This document shows, piece after piece, positions 52,575-64,000 of a DNA stretch of 64,000 nt. Positions within the stretch are counted from its first letter, which is position 1. The number at the start of each line of letters is the position of its first letter. A program made the translations under genes and the position numbers. The stretch is from Eledone cirrhosa (taxonomy: Eukaryota): contig OZ024741.1 in NCBI GenBank assembly GCA_964016885.1, positions 360,468,001-360,532,000 on the forward strand. Direction: 5' to 3'. The notes under the pieces are model-generated. The model saw nothing but the letters and a program-made list of their open reading frames with translations, had not been told where the DNA came from and ran no database searches.

Positions 52575-53039
52575 GTGATGTATCTCGCGAGTGAATCGAG
52601 ACCTGTCACTGATTTTGGTGTCCCCACTGCCGATGTGAATGAGCAACGCTGCACTTGTGAATTGGGTCTTGATGTTGCAGGCAGTTCATATACTTACAAT
52701 GATGCGGTCCCACAAGCTTGTTCACATTCCTGTGCTAATAATCTAGATGGGCGTATTAAATTGGATGTGAAAGCAGCTTACCGGATGCGGAATCGGGAGA
52801 AGTTGAGACAAAAACAGGCCGATTATAGAGCTGTGAATTTTGCTAAATTAACACAAAAACAGGCCAAGTATAGATGTTCAAAACGGTATGAGTTGGCAAA
52901 CAAGCAGGCCAAGTATAGATCTGCAAATTCAGCTATTATATCTCAAAAGCAAGCCGAGCGTAGAGCTTCTAAACGTACCGAGTTGGCTAAAGAGCAGACC
53001 AAGTACAGATCTGCAAATATCTTATTGCACAAACAATAA
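52575..53039 (+). other. ORF with five 15-aa basic tandem repeats, probably a transposon- or virus-derived fragment
   Basis: REKLRQKQADYRAVN / FAKLTQKQAKYRCSK / RYELANKQAKYRSAN / SAIISQKQAERRASK / RTELAKEQTKYRSAN; 45-nt period. Confidence 0.45.
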
Positions 53040-53065
53040 TTCTGCACAAATGTTGCTCCATTATT

Positions 53066-53245
53066 TTGGCAGTATTGGTAGAGGGTCGGATGCCATGCTT
53101 TCCAGCATAGTTACGTCCCTTTACGATCTGAGTTCAAATCCTGCCGAGGTTGACTTTGCCTTTCATCCTTACGGGGTAGATAAAATAAAGTACCAGTAAT
53201 GCACTGGGTAATTGCTGGCCTTGTGCCTAAAGTAGAAACAATTAT
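53066..53245 (+). mobile_element. SINE family A copy
   Basis: Homologous to 41548-41735. Confidence 0.85.
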
Positions 53246-53429
53246 TAGATCTAATGTTGCAACGATACAGTTAAATGTTGTCTGTGTATTTTAAAAAAGA
53301 TTTGCTTATAATCTTTTCAAATTTCATTACGCCAATGATTCAAGCTCAAATTGACATTATCTAAAAAATTGTACAAACAGCGGTGGATTAGCAGTAGTGA
53401 ACAGATAAATCAGTCAATTTATTAAGATT

Positions 53430-54085
53430 GACTTGGCATCAATCAGCAAGACCTTCATTAGCTGCTCTCCAGCCATCTATTTAAAGCTGTATACATCTAT
53501 GGTACGAATACACTTGGAGTTCGCGTCATCAGTCTGGAACCCCTATCTTGCTCAGAACATTGACCTCCTGGAAACTGTTCAGAGACATGCAACCAAGCGC
53601 ATACCCTCCATCAGACACCTACCATACCCTGAATATTTTGCTTCCCTCTGACAATGGACTTGGTAAACACCCACAAAGTTATTAACCATCCGACCAACAA
53701 CAACCCCGAACACCTTTTTGATCTCCATGTGTCTAACACGTGGACATGCCTACAAAGTCAGAAAACAACACAGCTCCCATGACTTTAGGAAATATTTCTT
53801 CATGCTCAGAGTTGCTGAAGGATGGAACAAACTTCCTGCATCAGTTGTTAGCTGATGACACACTGCATCCTTTAAAACCATCATACATTCCGAAATACAC
53901 CAAAACTACACCTGATGTCCCCCTTCCATACACATGCACATATGTGTATATCATGACTCATGCACTGTTCTTTTTTCCTGACGTTTTTATATTACCCTAT
54001 GTATTATATATGCACTTTTGATGAGTTGTAGTGCACCTCAGCATTGTACACAATATTTTCATTATTATTATCATTATTATTATTA
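53430..54085 (+). mobile_element. CR1/L2-type LINE 3' fragment, same family as 1-763
   Basis: LY..MVR.HLEFASSVWNP and LETVQR.ATK motifs, same 3' UTR, (ATT)n tail. Confidence 0.88.
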
Positions 54086-55272
54086 CACTCATTGATCCAT
54101 TTTGCACTAACTCTGCATCAAGCACCCTCACCTAAATATTAACCAATCAAGGATCCAATACAGCTATCTGTTGGATGAGTATTGTATAGTGCCAAAAACG
54201 AAACCAATCAGTTTAGCAGAAAGTTTCCAGACAAGAAACACGCATATTTTGCTATCCTCAAACACGTTTACACATGGCATGAAATATAACTAATCCGAGA
54301 TGGCTAGGTTTCATCTTCTAACTGGATATACGAAATCCATTATGTCTTGACAACAACATGAGGTAACATTATGTTATTCACAGACACACTTTGTACACTG
54401 TTCCATATCAGAATGTATTTCCTTCGTCACATTCACAAACAGTATTGAAAATATGTTCTTCGGCAAATAAAAATGTTTTGTTCATAATATTTCAACTAGC
54501 GATTGCTCTACTCCACGCACGACCACCATAAATTAATGACCAGCTCAACACAAGTATTGGTAGAGCGTCAGACACCATGCTTTGCAGTATTGTTATGGTC
54601 CTTTGCATTCTAAGTTCAAATCCTGCCGAGGTTAACTTCGACTTTCATACTTACTAATTCGATAAAATAAAGTACCAGTAATGGACTGCCGTAATGGATT
54701 TGTGCCGAAAAATAGAAACACTATTAATGTGCAATAAGAGCAAAATATAACGACATTGCTCAATTATTTTATCTAATGTTGTAATAACACAAGGAAATGT
54801 TGTTTGTGTATTTTTTTTTATATTTGCTCATAGGCTTTTACAATTTCGCTCAGCCAACAACTATTAAAAAGTGAGTTGCTTAAGATAACAATTTAATCAC
54901 AAATTGTTGCTATCTTTTAATACACTCCAACAAGTCATCAAATTATGTACAATAAAAACAAATCTTATTAATTTGCTCAGGGAATATAAAGAAAATGTAT
55001 ATACACTGATAATTGCAATTGTATGTAAATATTTTGTTTTTGTATTGTTTATTTTATGTTTTCTATTATGTATAATATATTGATTTAATATTGATTGTTT
55101 TTTGTAGTTGTTTATATTAAAAGTCTGAAAATATTTTTATACATCTTACACTAATATTTATAAGATAATTTATAATAACAATTACATAATCTAATTACAT
55201 TACAACGATAATTTATTATTAATATATATCCTCTTTAACTAGAGTTATTACAAGCGTTGCCTTAAAAAAATA

Positions 55273-56237
55273 TTAAACTAGACATGAAAAATGCGCAAGC
55301 TCAAAAGTGCCACAGAATGTTATAATAAACCTTCAAAAGTGTGGGACTAGAGTTGTTGCTAAAAAATATTGTAATCATTATATATCGTACATTCTGTGGC
55401 ATCCTTTATAAAAATAGCTTAAACCAACGAAGTCTTTATTTTTACGCTATTTCACTTAGTTAATTCTTAGAGTGTAACATATAAAAATAAATACATCTAT
55501 GTTTAATGTAATAACAGCTATAAATAATTACGTAATATTATTATCATATACTCATAGTAACAAAATAATTGTGTTGAAAATTAATATGATGCTTATATGA
55601 ACGATCAAATCTATAATGATAATTTCTTAAATATACTAATAGTAAAATAATTTAGTTATCTATTGTTACATTTTCATAGAACTATAATATTAACAATCGT
55701 ATTGCATTATCAAATTTTTATCACTACAAACTTTCATATTGGAATTACCTTAAGCCACTTATTATTACTTCGCTTTCGTACTTTTACAGCTGTAGATATT
55801 GCGCTGTATCTTATATCTAATATCAATATCTCATGGTAATTTGCATGCAGTGTAAAATAGGTTTATTAATAACTTTAATATGAAATGTATTATACAGGGC
55901 TGCGGAGTCGGCCAAAAATTGACTGGCTCCAACTCAGGATCCGATATTCCCTTATTTCCTAAATTTCAGCTCCGCAGCTCTGTTATTATATTAATTAATT
56001 TATTTTATAGTTGTAAATCATATTTTTATATGTTACACTCTAAGAATTAACTAAGTGAAATAGCGTAAAAATAAAGGCTTCGTTGGTTTAAGCTATTTTT
56101 ATAAAGGATGCCACAGAATGTACGATATATAATGATTACAATATTTTTTAGCAACAACTCTAGTCCCACACTTTTGAAGGTTTATTATAACATTCTGTGG
56201 CACTTTTGAGCTTGCGCATTTTTCATGTCTAGTTTAA
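55273..56237. mobile_element. Foldback element with ~215 bp near-perfect terminal inverted repeats
   Basis: 55273-55488 is the reverse complement of 56021-56237; both ends read TTAA-ACTAGACATG. Confidence 0.8.
55895..55982. mobile_element. 88-bp hAT-type MITE
   Basis: TIRs CAGGGCTGCGGAG / CTCCGCAGCTCTG; TSD GTATTATA / TTATTATA. Confidence 0.7.
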
Positions 56238-56384
56238 GATTGTTGGGTTACAACGAGTAAATATTTTATAACAGATATAAAAGCACTCGACAGTTTCTGG
56301 AGTAGGTTTACGATATTAAACAAATGGAAACTATATTTATAAAACCATATTTATTTCGTTATATATATTTCTGGGATATCATAT

Positions 56385-56575
56385 TATGTATGTGTATGTA
56401 TGTATGTGTGTGCATATGTATGTATAGTATAGTTTATACCGAGAGACATACATACATGTATGTGTGTATATATATATATATATATGTATACGCACGTGTG
56501 TATGTGTAGATATATATATGTGTGTATGTGTATGCCTGTGTGTGTGTATATTTGTGTGTTTGTGTTTTTTCTTGT

Positions 56576-56617
<42 letters not shown>

Positions 56618-56619
56618 TG

Positions 56620-56659
<40 letters not shown>

Positions 56660-56661
56660 CA

Positions 56662-56713
<52 letters not shown>

Positions 56714-56925
56714 CACAACAAGAAAAAACACAAACACACAAATATACACACACACAGGCATACACATACACACACATATATGTATCTACACATACACACG
56801 TGCGTATACATATATATATATATATATACACACATACATGTATGTATGTCTCTCGGTATAAACTATACTATACATACATATACATACATATGCACACACA
56901 TACATACATACACATACATACACAC
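56385..56925. repeat. Large palindrome of compound microsatellite
   Basis: Unique words TATAGTTTATACCGAGAGAC and GTGTTTTTTCTTGTTGTG recur as exact reverse complements around a centre near 56645. Confidence 0.85.
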
Positions 56926-56983
56926 ACACAAACACATACATACACACATATATACATATACACACACATACATATATATACAC

Positions 56984-57050
<67 letters not shown>

Positions 57051-57328
57051 CACATACACATATACAAGCACACACGCATACATACACATACATACATACA
57101 AATAAGTACACATAAACACATATGCACAAACACGCACTCGTTCGCACACATACATGTGTCTATAATATAGTGGGACAAATTTTAAACTGGGCCTGATAGA
57201 GGATTAAAATAATTAATATCACTACTAAGTTATTAATATTATCATCAAGTAATTAATTACTATTTATTATTTACTATTTACCATTCACTATTCGTTACCT
57301 ATCTTTTATCTATTCATTACCTAATCAT

Positions 57329-57399
57329 TCACTCATTAATTAATAAATAAATGAATGAGTTAACTAACAAACAAACAAACAGATAAACAAATAAACAAG

Positions 57400-57442
<43 letters not shown>

Positions 57443-60130
57443 ATAGATAAATAAATAAATAAATAAAGTAACTAAATAAATAAATAAATAAATAAATAAA
57501 TATACAAATAAATAGATAAATAAATCTCGAACGTGTGCGTGCAGCAGTTCATAACTGCACGTATGCAAACATGAGCAGGTATATACGTGAATTTGTGTGT
57601 GCGGCCACGGAACTTTACTCAGAGGCATACAACACAATATATAAGACCTGGAGGGGAGGAAAGAAGGTAATAATGAGAGATAGAGGGGAGGAAAGAAGGT
57701 AATAATGAGAGATGGAGGGACGGAAGTGGGATGGGGGACGGGGGTGGGGTGGTGATATGGGGGGGGGTCAGTCGGGGGGCCGGGGGGTCTGTAGTTTTTG
57801 TAACTTGCATAGTTCTTGTGCATGCAATTAGGGGAGTGTTCCGAGATCTTGTTGAGGAGAGGGCCTTTGGCGAATAGAATCTCATAGCTCTCGGAGATAC
57901 ATAGGTCACAGCAATTATGGCCTTCCGTGTAGGATCGCGCTCTCTGGAGTAGTCTCCATTGGGTCTTGAAGAGGATGGAGTTCCTTTTAAGGTGCCAGAT
58001 GTGGGCGGCGAGTGTAGTTTGGTTAGATTTGTCTGGGCGCCGGAACGAATGTGTGTGGGCGTACCAGCGAGTCTTAAAACTGTTAGAAGTCATCCCGATG
58101 TACGAGTTTCTTTTTTCATCGGGGCCTGAGAGTACATCGCATATATAGACGAGATCTTTTTTTAGACAGTTGTTGTTGAGAGGGCAGGTAGTCTTATCAG
58201 GGCAATTGCAATTGCCATCGGTTGCTGGATGGGCTTCGGAAAAAGTAGACTTATTTAGCTTCTTGATGTTATTGTTGGCTAAGTTCCTAGCTAGATTAGG
58301 TGTGGTAGAGTAAGAGAGTCTAATGGTATTCTTATTAAGGATTGTATAGTACCTATGTTGGGTGGGGAAGTGTTTTTGTAAGAGAGTGAAGAAAATTTTA
58401 GCTACAGGTGTTGAAACTTCGCGGGTGAAGGGGGGGGGGGGGTTGTACCAGCTAATGTGCCTTCGCCTATTCTTCCTGGGTGGGCGTGGGGCTATACTAA
58501 GGTAGGTGATCTTATCTCTAAAGCCGCTGCGGGCCAGGACCTCGTTGTAATAGGGGGCTGCTGCTCTAAAGATATCTTCATTGGCGGCGAGGCTAGATAT
58601 CCTAATAGAGACACTTTTCACTAGGTTGTCTAATATATTTTTGGGGTGGTTAGAATTAACGTCTATATATCTAAGGGATTCATTAGGTTTGTGGTACGGG
58701 TAGTAAAGGGAAGTTTCTAAGTCGAGGGTAACGTCTAGGAAGTTAGCTTTAGTTAAGTTCGAATCTAAGGTAATCCTAAGGCCTAAGTTTTTAAAGAAGG
58801 TGTAAAGGTTTTTCCTGAACCCATCCGTGGTCCTGGGGTTGATTTTGTGGAGGGCAAAGAGGCCGTCATCTCGGTAGAGACCGCCGGAGAGGCCTGTGAA
58901 GAGGGTCTTCAACCTGTGGAGGATGAACAGACCCACAAGGTCACTTATTTCAGCTGAGTCGCTAGCACCCATGCTAACGTCGAAGGGGGTCTCAGATTTT
59001 TTGTTGATCCAGTGGGATCTGTCATGGTAAAGAAAAGTCTTACGTGCATGGAGGATCACATCCTGCTCGGCTTCGGTGATTGTGGTTAAGTTCCTGGCGA
59101 AGTTAATCGCGTCAATCAGCAGGCTCTCTGATATGGAGGCGTAGTAATCCTCGATGTCTAGCTGCAGGAAGCGGGTGTTGCTTTTGTCGGGAAAGTCCCG
59201 GAACCATGTGATTGCCTCTGATGTCCTATTCCAGAGTGGGAGGGGTGAGGCAGCACGTAGTCTAGGTAGAATCCTGTCCAGGATCTTCTTACTGACGGAT
59301 CCTATGTCAGACTTGGTCGGGTTAATCAGCCGGACCGACGGTTTATTGTAGAAGTTGTTCTTGTGGTCTTTCAGGGTGAAGTGTGGGGACTTTACCCTCA
59401 GAGGTTCTGTCCGGTCTTCCAGTTTAAGGGAAGTGGCGATCTTCTTTCCGGCTATGTTTGTTTCAGTCAAAGTAGTGTCATCAACTTTTTTGTACTTTGC
59501 TGTCATGGCATTATCAGCAAGCTTGTTGTAGGTGTCGGGAATAACCGCATAAGTGTTTTTAGTTTTGTCTGAAGGGACGTGGAGGTACGGGGAACTTTTC
59601 ATTTCCAGAAGTTTCTCGTTTGGAAAGGTATGTTGATTTTCCTGAATTTAATATTTTTGATCATTTGAAAGAGTTCTTCTTCAAATGGTTCAAGTAGGCT
59701 GTTGGTGGATGGAGCCTTATTAGATTTAAAGCCGTACATCTCGTTATTGGTAGATGCTACATCAGGGTGGTCGAAAAAGAACGATCTCCATCTAATTCGT
59801 TTGATGACTTCATCAGTCCGTCTAATGAGGGTTTTTAGGTACTGTTTCCTTGGTGGGATAGGAATGTTCTTCAAGGAGGTATTGAGGTCGATTCTTGTCA
59901 GCATATTTTCTTGAGGATGGTTATAAGGGCAGTAGGGTGTGCTTGGATACGTAGGTCCCGAGTTGAGTCGGGGATAACCACAGTAAGTAAGGTACTCAAT
60001 ACATGGCAGAGTAAAAAAAATGTTTATTGTATAGAAGGAGCTTCTACAGGACTACTACTGTTTCATTCAGATGAAATCTTCAGGAAGCTGGGTGTTATAT
60101 TAAGTTCTGGTATTTATACATTTAGGTAGT
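57329..60130 (-). mobile_element. Near-complete Penelope-like retroelement (RT + GIY-YIG) with one frameshift
   Basis: ORFs 59599-59904 and 57329-59602 carry PSDKT, RLINP.KS, LDIEDYY.SI, MGA.DSAE, YRDDG, FLDV, CNC..CPL..C, VY.C...YIGMT, R...H and CDLC..E motifs. The 5' pLTR contains a hammerhead. Confidence 0.93.
60039..60089 (-). ncRNA. Type I hammerhead ribozyme in the Penelope 5' pLTR
   Basis: agcttc-CTGAAGA-t ttc(atct)gaa t-GAAA-cag(tagtagtc)ctg-TA-gaagct, sense to the element and about 135 nt upstream of its ORF. Confidence 0.85.
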
Positions 60131-60565
60131 GGTAAGGGAGGGGTGGTGGCTGGGGGTAGGGGGGGGGGTAGGATGGTATTTAGATACACAGGACCACAAC
60201 ATGGCACAGGCCGTTTTTTCTTTGGGGAGTGGTCAATTAGACAGAGTGCTTTTTTGAAATAAATAAATAAGTAAATAAATAAATAAATAAATGAATAAAT
60301 AGATAAATGAATAAATAAATAAAGAAATAAATAAAAAAAAAAAAAAATAAAAACCCCACGAATAGTAATTCAACAGATATATAGTAGGGAAATTTTTTTT
60401 AGGTGGGTTGGTAATAGAAGATAAACAGACTGAGGTGAGTGGTCAAGTTAACATACAAGCCACAGGTGCCCAGAGTGTTTTTGTAGAATGGAAAGAATAA
60501 AATATATTTACATACTCACAACCACATATATAAACACTTACACACATATATATATGCATACCTAT

Positions 60566-61254
<689 letters not shown>

Positions 61255-61258
<4 letters not shown>

Positions 61259-61926
61259 GGGAAAATATTGCTGCTGATCGTAATAAATGGAGAAAGACTG
61301 TATATGAGGGAAAAGTTGCCTTTGAGGCATCTCGAATCGCACACGAGAAAGTAAAGCGGGACGTGAGGAAGGGCATTGCTGTTGCATTTCCAGACGGCGA
61401 GGGTCCTCCTATGGTTCTGACATGCAGCGTCTGTGCGAGACTCTGCCTAAGCAAAGCTGGACTCGAAAGTCATCTTCGCAGTCATAAAGTAAGACCAGTA
61501 GTTGACTACCAGGCTGCTGTTGGAGATGCTACTCATCATGCTTGCCAAACATGTGGTAGAGAATGTAAATCAGCAGGAGGGCTCAAGCGACATGCAAGAG
61601 TACACGAACTCCAACCACAGCCGACTATTCCCAGTGAATGTTTTGGTTGCCGACTCTGTGCAAGACATTTTAGATCATTGGCTGGGCTAAAAAGCCACAT
61701 TCGATTGCAGCACTGTTAGTTGCTATCGCGCGCGTGTGTGTGTGTGTGTGTAGATATGTTTATGTGCGTGCGTGTGTGTATATATATATGAATATGTATA
61801 TTATTATTGTTGTTGTCGTTATTATTATTATTGCTATTATTATTATTATTATTATTATTATTGTTATTAATGTATGTGTGTATATATGTGTGAGTGTATG
61901 TGTATGTATGTATGTATATATGTATG

Positions 61927-61963
<37 letters not shown>

Positions 61964-61985
61964 CTTTTTTATTTATTTATTTTTT

Positions 61986-62018
<33 letters not shown>

Positions 62019-62097
62019 TTTTATTTTATTTTATTTTATATTTATTTTTTTTCTTGTGCAATGGCCATACTCGATAACGAGGGGGCAGCCATCATAT
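61255..62097 (+). mobile_element. RTE/BovB-like LINE 3' segment with three C2H2 zinc fingers
   Basis: Frame from 61255 reads TWENIAADRNKWR... to the stop at 61719, with three CxxC...H...H fingers. The microsatellite-filled 3' UTR ends GCCATACTCGATAACGAGGGGGCAGCCATCAT. Confidence 0.85.
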
Positions 62098-62118
62098 ATA
62101 TATACATATGTATGTATG

Positions 62119-62155
<37 letters not shown>

Positions 62156-62172
62156 GTATGTATGTATGTATG

Positions 62173-62211
<39 letters not shown>

Positions 62212-62222
62212 GTATGTATGTA

Positions 62223-62283
<61 letters not shown>

Positions 62284-62889
62284 ATATATGTGTGTATATA
62301 CATATGTATGTATGTATATGTGTATATATATATATAACTCAGGTACCCACCAATTAACTCAGGTACCCCACCTGAGTTAACCCTGGGTGGTCATCTCCTT
62401 CCTCCATTGAGGAAATTTCTTTGTGCATTTTTATTGTTATTTATATTGTTTACACGTTGTATATGTATACCCCCACTGTCCCAGTCTTTTGTATTGTCAC
62501 CTATATGTTGGCCCTTGTGGCCAATAAATGAAACTATTATTATTATTATTATTATTTTGAAGGTATTTAGTAATATTATAAAGAATATATATATATGTGT
62601 GTATGAGTGTGGGGTTTAGGTGTGGGAAAAACCAGATAGTAGTAATGAGGTCAGGACCGTGACGGGTGGAGAGATGGTATGCTGAATAGGACCCGTCCAA
62701 CCCTTGCAAGCAGGGAAAGCAGATGTAAAATGATGATGATGATAATGATGATGATGGGTGTGGTGGAGAGAAAGCAGTGGAGTTATTTAATACTATTGTT
62801 GGTGACTGTCTTCAGTGAAATGTAACAATACAGTTTTAAATATTAAATTGTTTTCATCTTTAGATTATTTTTAAATCGGATGTTAAGAG

Positions 62890-63275
62890 ATCACACACAG
62901 GTGCACACACACACACACACATGCACACAGGCACACACACACATGTACACACACACACACACACACACAGGCACACACACACACAGGTGCACACACACAC
63001 ACACACACAGGTGCACACACACACACACACACACACACACAGGCACACACACACATACACACACTCTTTATCTATTAATCTACCATTTTGTCTGTCTGAA
63101 TGTTAGCCATCCATCTGTCCCTCTCTCTCTCTCTATCCCCTTCTCTCCCCACTCCCTCTCTCTATCTCTATCCCCTTCTCTCCCCACTCCTTCTCTCCCC
63201 ACTCCCTCTCTCTATCTCTATCCCCTTCTCTCCCCACTCCCTCTCTCTCTCTCTCTCTCCCTCTCTCTCTCTTTA
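62890..63275. repeat. (CA)n and (CT)n compound microsatellites
   Basis: Seen directly. Confidence 0.9.
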
Positions 63276-64000
63276 CACATATATATAGTATATATATATA
63301 GTATATCTTAGATATATATATAGTATATCTAAGATATACTAAAACTTGTTGAAAACTCAGAACTACACTTTAAATATTCTGCAATAAATTATATACCATA
63401 CATATTATATACATCTATACGTATATTATGTATATATATTTACATACATATATAAATGTATGTGTGAGTATGTATCTATGTATATATCTATGTATGAATG
63501 TTCCCCTTTTCGGGTAGTGTTTTCGTAGAGTGGGATTGGTCGAGTGCTAGGCCTTTCCCCACTTAAAAAACCTTCAAAGCTCAGGCATTGCTTGTTCAGG
63601 ATCTGTTACAGGTTTGTGTGACTGGCCATAGCCTAAAGGTGCACCAAACTCTATAATCTGACAAGCAACTGCAGTATTCTTAGCAGAGTTTGCAGCCATC
63701 ATGTATATATGTATGTATGTATATATGTATATGTATGTATGTATGTATCTATGTATGTATGTATGTCCCGGGAGAGATGACCCCTTAGCCTTTGTCAAGG
63801 CAGAATTCTAGGAGAAGGAAACCTCTGATATAACACCTGCAACCCTGATGGTATCCAATGATGTTGACTTGTTCTTCTTTTTGATAAATATCATCTTGGT
63901 TAAGAGAGTGGGACTGGCTTTGTGCAGTGCCTTTGCTCACTATAAAAGCTTCACGGCACAGGCATTGCTTTATATCTGGAGATCTCTCTGCACTTGTCGT

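Noticed and set aside
61363-61719. Host C2H2 zinc-finger gene
   Set aside because: It is the in-frame continuation of an RTE ORF, is followed by a LINE-like 3' end, and lacks TGEKP linkers.

Overview
AT-rich, repeat-dominated eukaryotic DNA. The repeat content (RTE LINEs with (GAT)n tails, tRNA-derived SINEs, very long (TA)n tracts) suggests an octopus or other cephalopod genome; this is inference. The only host gene I can support is the first coding exon of an HRC-like secretory/ER protein (minus strand, 3052-3240), with a perfect ERSE (CCAAT-N9-CCACG) about 120 bp upstream. Positions 5.1-9.2 kb are minisatellites that appear derived from a dispersed repeat. Positions 20-62 kb are a nest of retroelements in (TA)n tracts. 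It contains an intact 1092-codon RTE LINE with a PHD-type finger inserted inside its reverse transcriptase, four sister copies, a near-complete Penelope-like element, and other GIY-YIG fragments. It also holds a twin-primed inverted RTE ending in three C2H2 fingers. By hand-folding I found about ten type I hammerhead-ribozyme motifs across the window (9.4-60.1 kb), two with a compensatory U3-A8 core, often inside foldback structures. Boundaries inside microsatellites are approximate and no database search was run.
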